Shown in pieces: positions 48,285 to 56,817 of a DNA stretch of 64,000 bases. The first letter of the stretch is position 1. Each line of letters begins with the position of its first letter. Origin of the DNA: a virus; the IMG/VR virus record IMGVR_UViG_3300013132_000023, positions 73,178-137,177 of that record; one strand, written 5' to 3'. The notes beneath the pieces were generated by a model. It made no database searches, was not told where the DNA came from, and saw nothing but the letters and a program-made list of their open reading frames with translations. A program made the position numbers and the translations under genes.

Positions 48285-48584
48285 TTATTCGTATACCGTG
48301 ATAGTCTTTTGCCGAGCAATCACTTCGCGGTAACCATTGAATTCGGCACCATGATACGACTGATACCAGCCGTCAACGCGAATCAGGACTTCTGTGTCGC
48401 CATTCTTGAAACGCCACACGGTCCAGTAATCAGACCCTTGGTCTTGGCCTCCGTAATGAGCAACACACTTTTCATCAAAACTCCATCCTTCCGGAATGGG
48501 CGAATCAAAATCATCGTCCAAATAATTGGACAAAAGCTTCTCAGCATTTTTATCTAACCAATCACGTAGTTCTGCACTGATCAT
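48285..48584 (-). CDS. Hypothetical phage protein
   Basis: YGGQDQGSDYW.V, GWYQSYHG. Confidence 0.7.
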   Translation of the reverse strand: MISAELRDWLDKNAEKLLSNYLDDDFDSPIPEGWSFDEKCVAHYGGQDQGSDYWTVWRFKNGDTEVLIRVDGWYQSYHGAEFNGYREVIARQKTITVYE

Positions 48585-49432
48585 AGTTTTTTCCAGATAT
48601 CGGATTCAAAAAACCGCTCGAAAACCACATTGTCAAACTGCTTGACTATGTTCCAGTTGTCGATAGCGTACTCCCTAAGCGGACCATCGTCAAGAGTCGT
48701 ACAGACTTTTTCGAGGGCACGCATGTATGCAATACGATATGAGAATCGTGTTCCCTTAATGCGATTTGGAATGATAAATCTTTCCAACGCAATGACGTAC
48801 GTTTCTTCACGAACGCATGCTTGTTTTAGTTCATCAGAAGCAGCGTACCATAGATCTATGTCGTACGCTGCCTTGGACATGTCTTTCTTTAGCTGAAAGT
48901 ACGACGGCGTACCACCAACAATGATCTTGTGAATGTCTTCGTGATTAAACACGCGGACAACTGCATCTTTGATAAATTCCTCATTTGTCATGTCTCCAAA
49001 TGGATTTCTATGAGGAAAGTACTTTCTGGTTTCCGCCATGCGGCGACTAATGAATTCGCGATCTTCATCCGTGAAATCATGATCCAGAATTTGGTACTGA
49101 ATCATGTGTTTCGTGAAATTAAAGTCACGATACATATGCGAACGTTTGATTGCAGCAAGGCCACGAGAACTACATACTTTGACTAAAAGTCTACCATCAG
49201 CTAGAGCAGTCTTGTCTGTTCCATACTTCGATTCGATTTCATGATTAAGGAAGAAAGCATCGTTATGTAATTCGATGTTTCCAAACTTCCATGAAAAGAC
49301 CTTGCGATCACATGTCTTTTGAAGCAAATTTTCAGCTTCAAAGTGAGACACGATCACATCCCAATCCTTAGGATTCTTGGGACGGTGTTCTGGATGCCAG
49401 ATAGAAGTAGCTCGTGAACCAATTAGCAGCAT
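48581..49432 (-). CDS. Phage nucleotidyltransferase-like protein
   Basis: LLIGSRA...DWD (hGS + DxD), IKRSH, HEDIH, EETYVIALER, ALEKVCTT. Confidence 0.6.
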   Translation of the reverse strand: MLLIGSRATSIWHPEHRPKNPKDWDVIVSHFEAENLLQKTCDRKVFSWKFGNIELHNDAFFLNHEIESKYGTDKTALADGRLLVKVCSSRGLAAIKRSHMYRDFNFTKHMIQYQILDHDFTDEDREFISRRMAETRKYFPHRNPFGDMTNEEFIKDAVVRVFNHEDIHKIIVGGTPSYFQLKKDMSKAAYDIDLWYAASDELKQACVREETYVIALERFIIPNRIKGTRFSYRIAYMRALEKVCTTLDDGPLREYAIDNWNIVKQFDNVVFERFFESDIWKKL

Positions 49433-49440
49433 ATTGTTTG

Positions 49441-49511
49441 CAGGGGCATAAGGAATCGAACCCTAGTCTATCGCTTTGGAGGCGAGTATATTACCACTAT
49501 ACTATACCCCT
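49441..49511 (-). tRNA. tRNA-Trp(CCA), 3' end CAA rather than CCA
   Basis: AGGGGTA/TGCCCCT, loop CTCCAAA, G73. Confidence 0.88.
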
Positions 49512-49517
49512 ATGTTT

Positions 49518-49591
49518 TGGTACCCATTGAGGGAATCGAACCCACGCAGCTACCTTGTAGGGATAGTGTTCTGCCATTAAACTAAACGGGT
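49518..49591 (-). tRNA. tRNA-Val(TAC), C33
   Basis: CTATC-CCTACAA-GGTAG; ACCA. Confidence 0.82.
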
Positions 49592-49594
49592 ATA

Positions 49595-49834
49595 TTATTC
49601 GATTTCAAGAACTTCGCCACGCTTACCAGCTTCATGAGCTTCCTTCAAAAGCTCAACGATACCGTAACAATCGTTAAAATTCCTGCATAAATTATTGTCT
49701 TCTATTTCTCCGTTGTTTATGATGGAGAAATACAAGACAATATCATAAACAACAAATACCCGTTTGTCGTTGATGTAGATTTCGATACAAGAAGTTCCAT
49801 CTTCGCGATCTGTAATCTTTTCTTTGATTTTCAT
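49595..49834 (-). CDS. Hypothetical protein
   Basis: Coupled ORF, 79 aa. Confidence 0.55.
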   Translation of the reverse strand: MKIKEKITDREDGTSCIEIYINDKRVFVVYDIVLYFSIINNGEIEDNNLCRNFNDCYGIVELLKEAHEAGKRGEVLEIE

Positions 49835-50097
49835 AGTTCAATTCCTGAGTTCTTGCAAAATTCCAGATACTCTTGACTTGGAGCACCAAGTTCATACACA
49901 GATCCAGAGTACGTTCGTGCCGTTCTGTTCTTCACGTCAATTTCCATCAAGGAAGATGATGTAATCCTATGACCCGCTGGGTAACGTGGGTGTCCGTAAA
50001 CTTGACCAGTGAGCGACTTGAATCGTCTTTCTGGAGCAGTGTATTCATTTACACCTGGAGAGTCTACGATACCCCAATCTTCAATTGCTATTTTCAT
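49831..50097 (-). CDS. Hypothetical phage protein
   Basis: Y.APE....L.G.VYGHPR...G..I.SS, T..GSVYELG. Confidence 0.7.
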   Translation of the reverse strand: MKIAIEDWGIVDSPGVNEYTAPERRFKSLTGQVYGHPRYPAGHRITSSSLMEIDVKNRTARTYSGSVYELGAPSQEYLEFCKNSGIEL

Positions 50098-50288
50098 GAT
50101 CTTTTCAAGATTTCATCTAGCTTGTCGAATGAAGGCACGCTTGAATTATGCCAACGATAACACAATGGACAGTAGTACGGATATCTATCGCAGTCCGCTT
50201 TTTGTGCGACTTGAAAAGAAGCGTATGCTCTTTTACTAAGACACATCCTGTGCTTCCTGAGTTTCTTGCGTTGACGATTCGAAAGCAT
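50094..50288 (-). CDS. Small C2H-type protein
   Basis: C..KR.Y, Y.CPLC..WH. Confidence 0.55.
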   Translation of the reverse strand: MLSNRQRKKLRKHRMCLSKRAYASFQVAQKADCDRYPYYCPLCYRWHNSSVPSFDKLDEILKRS

Positions 50289-50330
50289 GTTGTTAGTATA
50301 TCCCTTGATGTCTAAGTTGTCAAGGAAAAA

Positions 50331-50406
50331 TGGAGCCGCCGATGGGACTCGAACCCATAACCCCCTGATTACAAATCAGGAGCACCACCAATTGTGCTAC
50401 AGCGGC
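50331..50406 (-). tRNA. tRNA-Thr(TGT)
   Basis: CCTGA-TTTGTAA-TCAGG; TCCA. Confidence 0.94.
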
Positions 50407-50409
50407 CTA

Positions 50410-50484
50410 TGGTCCTGGGTACGGGTATCGATCCCGTTTCTAGTCCTTGAAAGGGACTTATCCTAGCCACTAGACGAACCCAGG
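50410..50484 (-). tRNA. tRNA-Glu(TTC)
   Basis: AGTCC-CTTTCAA-GGACT; T-loop ATCGATA; ACCA. Confidence 0.9.
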
Positions 50485-50489
50485 TTGAA

Positions 50490-50810
50490 TGGTGGACACG
50501 GAGCGGTTTTTGTCATTGTGTTAAAATCCTAGATCGTCTGGACCTTCAAGCTTTGCCTTACCACAGCAAGATGCTTGAAGACTATGAGGGGAAACCCCGC
50601 AAAATCATTAATATTTTGCGAGCACTCAAATTGTCCGTAATCACTTCCAGATACGTTCATCATCCCACTAGGTTACCCGGCTAATTACTTCCGAGTGTTT
50701 TGGTAGCTTAAAAGAGGGTGTACTGTAGCCTATACATGCATGTTGTACACCATGGCGAGCAGTATCAAGCACGGAATTGTACTGCATAATCCGCTCTAAG
50801 CCTCTCCGTG
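50490..50810 (-). ncRNA. Unassigned ~320-nt structured RNA ending TCCACCA
   Basis: ORF-free; 5' CACGG/GAGCGG pair with 3' CCGCTCCGTG; several internal helices; lies between tRNA-Ala and tRNA-Glu. Confidence 0.6.
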
Positions 50811-50843
50811 AAGCGTTGTTCATTCTTCTCTTTCAAGCTATTC

Positions 50844-50919
50844 TGGTGGAGAGCATGGGAATTGAACCCACCCCACGGACCTTGCAAAGGTCTGTCGCCA
50901 CCTTGGTACATGGCCCCCC
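50844..50919 (-). tRNA. tRNA-Ala(TGC)
   Basis: G3-U70, loop TTTGCAA, ACCA. Confidence 0.88.
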
Positions 50920-50921
50920 AT

Positions 50922-51120
50922 AACAGCGATCACTTTAAGATTAACCCCTACAACTCACGCCCAGCATTACCTGATAGTAGGGATCTCAAAAATCGCTGTT
51001 GTTTTATGGCCAGTCGTGTGGCAGACTGGTAAGCCTCGTTGTCTTTCTCTTTACAACGCAAGAGAGCCGAACTGCCCATGTGGCCAATCCCCTATCTCGT
51101 CGGCAGAAGCGTAGGGATAC
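50922..51120 (-). ncRNA. Candidate structured RNA(s) between tRNA-Gly and tRNA-Ala
   Basis: Rod AACAGCGAT...ATCGCTGTT; hairpins CCAGTC/GACTGG and TCTCTT/AAGAGA; possible pseudoknot. Confidence 0.45.
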
Positions 51121-51198
51121 TGGAGTCTCTTGTGGGAGTTGCACCCACACCTTACGGCTTGGAAGGCCGATGTGCTATCTATTAAACACCAAAGAGAC
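51121..51198 (-). tRNA. tRNA-Gly(TCC)
   Basis: CGGC-CTTCCAA-GCCG; T-loop TGCAACT; U73. Confidence 0.88.
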
Positions 51199-51203
51199 GT
51201 ATA

Positions 51204-51289
51204 TGGTGCCAGCAGCAGGATTCGAACCTGCGACGCCTTTTGAGTCACGGTTTACAGCCGCGTGCCATCGACCACTCGACCATACTGGC
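51204..51289 (-). tRNA. tRNA-Tyr(GTA)
   Basis: CGCGG-CTGTAAA-CCGTG, long V region, ACCA. Confidence 0.93.
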
Positions 51290-51300
51290 AATTGTACTGA

Positions 51301-51371
51301 CTCCCTTGGTGAGTGTTTCACTCACGTCTCCATCTAACGCGGATGGTGTCTTACGCCTAAACGACAAGGAA
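51301..51371 (-). ncRNA. tRNA-like cloverleaf with non-canonical loops
   Basis: TTCCTTG/CAAGGGA, CCATC-CGCGTTA-GATGG, GTGAG-TGAAACA-CTCAC; no CCA. Confidence 0.65.
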
Positions 51372-51666
51372 TTAAGTGTGCTGGGAATAGGTATATTCAC
51401 CCAACTATGTCTTTTTCCAGACTGCTTACTTAAAAATAAGTAGCCCTATGACTTTCGATCTCCACTTGTGGTCTCGCTTTGATCGCTTTTCTTTAAAGTC
51501 AAGAAAACGTACGTCCACTGAACGACACTTGACTTACATCTTAACCGATTTTTCAATTAGCCACTAATGTAGCTAGGTCGTTTTCATTTGTTAGGCTCAC
51601 CGACTTACACGGCTATCCCTTTCGGGGTTTGGTTGCACCACCTACGCTTGCCGACCACAAGCTCGT
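51372..51666 (-). ncRNA. Unassigned ~295-nt structured RNA at head of tRNA operon
   Basis: Follows TTGCAG..TATAAT promoter; long-range CTTGTGGTC/GACCACAAG helix; GNRA-type hairpins. Confidence 0.5.
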
Positions 51667-51717
51667 ACCACTATTATACACCACTTTCGGTGTTCTGCAA
51701 CCAAAAATCTGGAAAAA

Positions 51718-52740
51718 CTACGATTTCTTCGGTCGCTTGCAGTTTTTAGCGTGCTTCTTGCCACCCTTAGCCCCGCAGTACGTGCAGGCCGCACGCTTCG
51801 GAGTCTTAACAGCAACCTTCGGAGCATCAGCCACGTCGTCGTATTCATCCAGGGGACAGTCGCCGAAATCCAGGCCCATGTCTTCATCCAACTCAGGCAC
51901 GTCGTCCTGGTACTCTTCGGGCTGGACGTTCACGGCAACGTACAGAGGTTCCTCCATGATTCGTTCGCAAATATCCACGACCTCGTAACGACACACGCGA
52001 AGCTTCTCGCAAGAATGGTCGCGAGGAACCGATACCGCATCACGAGGATTAACCTTAACAAGAACAAGCTTGCCATCGGAGCTAGCAAAGTCACTGGCGT
52101 ACTTGTGCGTGCCAACGTGGAAACCAGTTGAACAAGCTGCGTTCGTGTCGGGATCGACTTGTTCACGCGGCATTTCGTTCACAGAACCAATGCTGTTATC
52201 GAACGTTTGAGTATGACGATCCTTGAAGTCGCTCGTCAAGCCCTTGTACGCCATAAAACACCCATCGTGCGTGATAGGGAAGTTGCCGTGCTTGAGGAAG
52301 TCGTACAATTCGTTTCGCGAACGCTCATTCGGGTTCTCCATCAAGTTAGCAAGGAAACGAGCCAGCGGCTTATAAGGAAGCTGTTGTCGCACGAAACTGC
52401 TAATCGTGTCAGCAATCACGCTATGCACTTGTTCGCCATTGTAGAACACTTCGCCATATTGGTTAACCGTCACGCCCTCAATTCGCTTTTCAAGCGAAGC
52501 CGGAATGTCGAGCAATGGATCAAGACGATCAGATTCATTATTAGTGAGACACGCTACAATTGCATTGTAGTTAGGATGCGTCTTGCCAATAGAATGCGTT
52601 CTGCCATTCCAGGCGATTGTGATGTTTCCATCGTTCGTCATGATGAACTTAGGAGTCGGCTTTTCAGGCAGACCTACATCAATAAGAACTTCTTCTTGAT
52701 TGATGCCAGTCAGTCGTTTGATAATGTCGAAGATACTCAT
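51718..52740 (-). CDS. rIIB: rIIB-like protein
   Basis: FLANLMENP, ELYDFL, PIT.DGCFMAYK, CSTGFHVG, VKVNPRDAVSVP.D, KLRVCRYEV. Confidence 0.9.
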   Translation of the reverse strand: MSIFDIIKRLTGINQEEVLIDVGLPEKPTPKFIMTNDGNITIAWNGRTHSIGKTHPNYNAIVACLTNNESDRLDPLLDIPASLEKRIEGVTVNQYGEVFYNGEQVHSVIADTISSFVRQQLPYKPLARFLANLMENPNERSRNELYDFLKHGNFPITHDGCFMAYKGLTSDFKDRHTQTFDNSIGSVNEMPREQVDPDTNAACSTGFHVGTHKYASDFASSDGKLVLVKVNPRDAVSVPRDHSCEKLRVCRYEVVDICERIMEEPLYVAVNVQPEEYQDDVPELDEDMGLDFGDCPLDEYDDVADAPKVAVKTPKRAACTYCGAKGGKKHAKNCKRPKKS

Positions 52741-54662
52741 TGTTGGCCTTTCAGTTTGATGTATTCAACAACGTCTTCCTTGTGGACGTGTTGCAGATTG
52801 ACGTGAGACAGGAGTGGATAGGTAGCGTCGAAAACGTCCTTGAAGTTAGGAGCTTCTGCCACCTTGATACCAAACATAGTGATCATACCACGAGTAGTGT
52901 TACCAAGGTCGGTAGATTTTGAGAATTTTGCGAGATCATCACAGACGGGCGACAGACCAACGATCCATTCCACGAAAGAATTGGGGGTCGAGTAGCTGTC
53001 GAAGCCGTGATGATATCTAGCCAATTGGTAAATATCGAGAGCGTCAACTGCATCTTGAGCATATTGACGAGCTTCTTCTTCCAGATCGGGCAGACCAAGC
53101 TCGGTGCGAATGCGGTCATAGTATGCCTCGGCGATACCGTAGACTCGCTCGTAGCCCATTTGTCTGGCAATCGTGATGGCAACTTCGCCATCGTATTCTT
53201 TGCCACCGATCTTACACATAAGACCTTTGCGAGGAACCGCAATGGCATCTTTTACGTCAATTTCAGCTTCCGCAATGGACCGCCAGCAGTCAGAACGAAA
53301 GTTGCCGCGTCGAGCGGACTTAATGTAAGAACGCTCGCCTGCGGAGACTCGTCGAGCAGCCCTCGGGGGCTCGGGCAGACTAGACAACGTAGCAGTAACA
53401 CCACCGAATGTCTCTTCGAACTTTGCACGATCTTTGATCGTAGCAAGATAGAAGACGCCACGTTGACTGTTCAAGAAGTGACGAAGCTTATTCTTGTCAG
53501 ATTGCTTAAGTTCACCCTCCACGTCACACTCAACAATCACGTAGTGAGTGTCGGCATTAGGATTAAGTTCCGTCTGCCAGCGATCATGACCAATGAAAAT
53601 CTTGTTCTTTCGAAGATCGACACGCTTAAGCGAGTAGTCGGCAGTTTCCGTCTTAATGGTACTCGTTGCGTGCTGGAAGGAAATCACGCTGCGATAGAAA
53701 CGAAGAGCCTTAATCTTTTGAACCAAACAAATATGCTTGCCAAGATCATCTTCCACGGTTTTAGTGACTTCACTTGATGCCGCGTCAATAAGGCGTTGAA
53801 TATTAGCCTTCGTGTCTTCGCTGTAGTGAAGTTCTTCGCGACTAGCGGCAAATTCAACTTGGCCGATATCCACAAAGAGAACCATCGCGGCATTATCGCC
53901 CAAAATGTGCCTGAAGTGTTGCATGGCAACCGGGTAACAAATATTACCCATAACCACGTTGACACGACTCGTCAAAAAAGCACCGTGCATTCCGCAATCG
54001 TAGAGTTCGTAACCCTTTCCCTTGAAACGGGGCTCGACTGACGGAAATTCAACCTTGGCACCAACAATCTTCGGACGCGTCGGGAAGAAACGATAGACGC
54101 GTTGAGCCGCAGCCTGAAACTGGTAGGCGTCACCTTCTTGGATATTGATGCGAATTTCAACACCATTAGGCTCACTAGATTCTTGAGTGGAAAGCAAAGC
54201 AATGCTCGGCTCTCCTTGTTCATTCTTGAAAGCAGAATAGGTGTACATGTTACCGTTCCAGTACGACGTAATCGTAAACTGATCGGTATACGCGAAAGGC
54301 GACTTGCTTCCCAGGCCGAGAGCACCAACGAACTCGTTAGATTCCGAACGAGAACTAGCGAAGTAAGTCGTGTAGATGTGTTCGACCTGATCGGGAGAAA
54401 GACCCGTTCCAAAGTCACGAATCGAGAAAAACGGAGCAAAGCTGTTCGGCAGATGGACCTCGAAAGGACGGTCTTGCGTACCAGCTTCGACTTGAGCGTC
54501 CCATGCGTTCGTGGAAAGCTCACGAACGATAGCCAAGCGAGTGTCTGTGTAAAGCTTGCTTGACAGAATGTGAAACGCCTTGGCGTTTGCAGCGATCTTG
54601 AACTTCGCTTCCGGGAAGCCCCCGGAGCGAGTAACAGCGTTGGTGGTTTGTTGGAGTTGCAT
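52737..54662 (-). CDS. rIIA: rIIA-like protein (GHKL N-domain)
   Basis: KAFHILSSKLY, AIVRELSTNAWDA, IRDFGTGL, GALGLGSKSPFAY, SREELHY. Confidence 0.92.
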   Translation of the reverse strand: MQLQQTTNAVTRSGGFPEAKFKIAANAKAFHILSSKLYTDTRLAIVRELSTNAWDAQVEAGTQDRPFEVHLPNSFAPFFSIRDFGTGLSPDQVEHIYTTYFASSRSESNEFVGALGLGSKSPFAYTDQFTITSYWNGNMYTYSAFKNEQGEPSIALLSTQESSEPNGVEIRINIQEGDAYQFQAAAQRVYRFFPTRPKIVGAKVEFPSVEPRFKGKGYELYDCGMHGAFLTSRVNVVMGNICYPVAMQHFRHILGDNAAMVLFVDIGQVEFAASREELHYSEDTKANIQRLIDAASSEVTKTVEDDLGKHICLVQKIKALRFYRSVISFQHATSTIKTETADYSLKRVDLRKNKIFIGHDRWQTELNPNADTHYVIVECDVEGELKQSDKNKLRHFLNSQRGVFYLATIKDRAKFEETFGGVTATLSSLPEPPRAARRVSAGERSYIKSARRGNFRSDCWRSIAEAEIDVKDAIAVPRKGLMCKIGGKEYDGEVAITIARQMGYERVYGIAEAYYDRIRTELGLPDLEEEARQYAQDAVDALDIYQLARYHHGFDSYSTPNSFVEWIVGLSPVCDDLAKFSKSTDLGNTTRGMITMFGIKVAEAPNFKDVFDATYPLLSHVNLQHVHKEDVVEYIKLKGQQ

Positions 54663-54709
54663 ACGGGTCTATTATAGCCTGCTTAGATGCTAAGTCAAGA
54701 AAAATCCGT

Positions 54710-55435
54710 TCACGAATCAAGGAAAACTTCGTCGCCAGTCCAGATTACATACTTGAAATAGTCGATAACCGGACAACAGAACCATCTTGTTGAATCTACC
54801 AAGCCTGTATCTTCTTCATGGTGGTGTCCAAAGAACCAGAACTTCGGTCTGTATTTTTCCTTAAGAACTTCGAGAAAGTTCTTATCGCTACTACCGAAGA
54901 TACTTCCTTGGTATCGAACGTCGCTATATGGAAACGACATTGGATGCTCGTGACTAAAAATGGCATCAATGGGGCCGCTTACGGCTTGAAGCGTGTTGTA
55001 CATTTGTGCATACGTAATTGATTCCTGGGGCCACCAGGAAATATTTTGAATACGCGATGCTTTATCGATTGACGAAGCTCCACCAAAGAACATAGCTCGG
55101 ACGGCAGAACCGTCCTCGCGGGGAATTTCTAGTACACTACCACGCGGCATATATTGCCATTCGGGTTGCCATGCACCACCATCTTCTTCTAGTTTATCGA
55201 AATTCTCGTGATTGCCATCCAACCAGAACTTCTCAGCCTTCTTGTAGATTTTCATTAATTCTGGAGTCAAAAGGGCTTTACTTGCCTTAAAAGGCTTGCC
55301 TCCACGCCAGCCGTAGCCAAAGTCTCCAACCTGGACAATATGCGTAATATCAGGGTGCTTACGAATTGCTTTTGCAATCGTGATATTCATAGCGGTCCAG
55401 TCGCCATGAGTATCGCCTAGAATAAGGAACTTCAT
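54710..55435 (-). CDS. Calcineurin-like metallophosphoesterase
   Basis: GDTHG, VGDFG, DGNHEN, GGASSID, SHEHP, FGHHH. Confidence 0.9.
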   Translation of the reverse strand: MKFLILGDTHGDWTAMNITIAKAIRKHPDITHIVQVGDFGYGWRGGKPFKASKALLTPELMKIYKKAEKFWLDGNHENFDKLEEDGGAWQPEWQYMPRGSVLEIPREDGSAVRAMFFGGASSIDKASRIQNISWWPQESITYAQMYNTLQAVSGPIDAIFSHEHPMSFPYSDVRYQGSIFGSSDKNFLEVLKEKYRPKFWFFGHHHEEDTGLVDSTRWFCCPVIDYFKYVIWTGDEVFLDS

Positions 55436-55671
55436 GTTTGAATTACCGATTCTTGTCCACATTGCCAAAGAGTAACCATTAAAGGCATACTCTTTGGATT
55501 ATTGCATTTCCAGCGAGCTATAGCATTGTTCGTATTTTCGTTATTGAATAGCGAAATCATATCAAATCTACCGCGACATTTAGAATCTCTTAGGGTTGTA
55601 AGTTGAATAATGGCGTGATTATCGTGATAATAACCACGCTCATGATAAATACAAAGAGTACCAGTAATCAT
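55432..55671 (-). CDS. Hypothetical protein
   Basis: Coupled on both sides. Confidence 0.45.
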   Translation of the reverse strand: MITGTLCIYHERGYYHDNHAIIQLTTLRDSKCRGRFDMISLFNNENTNNAIARWKCNNPKSMPLMVTLWQCGQESVIQT

Positions 55672-56060
55672 GACTCAGAAATGAACCTAGGATCGTAAAG
55701 TTGTTCTACAAGACTCGTAAACGGAATGCGTTCAGCCACAAGGCCAACCTTTTCCAGCTTACACTTCATGTTTAATGCAGCGGGTGCATTCAATGAGTGA
55801 ATGATAATTTGACTTGAAAGGTTTGCGTTATTACAAATCCAACGCACAACTTCACTGCCAGTGTTCTTGTCTTCTATCGCAACGAACGCTTCGCCTCCCA
55901 GGTCGTGATCCAGAAAGATGATGTCGAATACGTTTTCCTGCAATGCTTTGATAGCATCGGCGGCCTCGGTAGTCACGACGAGATCGTGTTGGCCGAGAGT
56001 AGAGCGAAACGTTTCAATCCTCTTAGGATCGTCTTCGAGTACAAGGATCTTGATGGTCAT
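55668..56060 (-). CDS. Stand-alone receiver domain (cyclic-phosphate-processing type)
   Basis: ILVLEDD..R, IFLDHDLG, TG.EV..W, IHS.N. Confidence 0.75.
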   Translation of the reverse strand: MTIKILVLEDDPKRIETFRSTLGQHDLVVTTEAADAIKALQENVFDIIFLDHDLGGEAFVAIEDKNTGSEVVRWICNNANLSSQIIIHSLNAPAALNMKCKLEKVGLVAERIPFTSLVEQLYDPRFISES

Positions 56061-56062
56061 AA

Positions 56063-56563
56063 TTAGGTCCAGTAGTAATCACTTAGTTTAATGAGCTTAA
56101 CTGCACCATTAAGCATTTGTTCTTCGTATTCGTCTCCGTCCATATCGGAGTTCTTCCACCAATCGATTAGAGCTTGAGTTTCGTGCCATGCATCATAAAA
56201 GTTAGGATTGTGTTCTTTTTGCCAATCCCATTCCGCTTGAGTCTTGGGGCCTTCCGTTTCAAGAAATTTTGCTGCGGTTTCAAACACCAATTCACGAATG
56301 AGAAGTCTACGATCACACCAAGTATGATCTAACGTTCGAGGCTTTACGGTAGTGAATCTATCCCAGGCCCATCCGCGAAAAATCCACCAGAGATTACCAG
56401 GACGCAAATGATATGGTACATGCTTACGATAAAAGTCATAGAGTTTATCCCAGATGGTTTGCATGTCACGATAGTCTACACCGCAATAGAGGCATGAATT
56501 ATTACCTTGAAAGGAAAAAAGACAATACCTACTACTAGGACACTTGTACTTGGTGAATCTCAT
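56063..56563 (-). CDS. Hypothetical phage protein
   Basis: WCD, LI.WW, LI.L..Y.WT end. Confidence 0.6.
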   Translation of the reverse strand: MRFTKYKCPSSRYCLFSFQGNNSCLYCGVDYRDMQTIWDKLYDFYRKHVPYHLRPGNLWWIFRGWAWDRFTTVKPRTLDHTWCDRRLLIRELVFETAAKFLETEGPKTQAEWDWQKEHNPNFYDAWHETQALIDWWKNSDMDGDEYEEQMLNGAVKLIKLSDYYWT

Positions 56564-56817
56564 GATAATATAAGTATACCACACAAGGCCAGGAGTGCCA
56601 CCACAATACCGGGAATGTTGATCGTGTAAGTGCGGTGTATCTCTACAGGTCCAGGCGGCGTGATCTTCTCCATTTCGAGCAGAGCTAAAGCACGTTTATA
56701 GGCAATAGCTTGCCCTCGAAAGTTGTCTACGGTTGGTCCGTGAAGTCTTTTCTTGCCATTGGCAGCAAGAATGACAGCTTCGGCTCGGGCTAGGTCTTGT
56801 TGAAGGTAAATTTTCAT
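56560..56817 (-). CDS. Hypothetical protein with C-terminal TM
   Basis: GIVVALLALCGILILS. Confidence 0.55.
   Translation of the reverse strand: MKIYLQQDLARAEAVILAANGKKRLHGPTVDNFRGQAIAYKRALALLEMEKITPPGPVEIHRTYTINIPGIVVALLALCGILILS

Noticed and set aside
49518-49591. Amber suppressor tRNA (CTA in loop CCTACAA) and stop-codon recoding
   Set aside because: Stem register puts TAC at 34-36; known genes are full length in code 11 and some end in TAG.
50490-50810. tmRNA, RNase P RNA or group I intron
   Set aside because: No 5' GGGG acceptor, T-loop or tag ORF; no GAGGAAAGUCC; ATAGTC has no properly placed GACTA partner for P7.
51060-51120. HDV-like theta ribozyme after tRNA-Gly
   Set aside because: No room for P3/L3 between candidate P2 and the 3' strand of P1.
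51751-54563. Long plus-strand ORFs opposite rIIA/rIIB (also 61245-62141 opposite DUF932)
   Set aside because: Antisense shadows of codon-biased real genes; no motifs.
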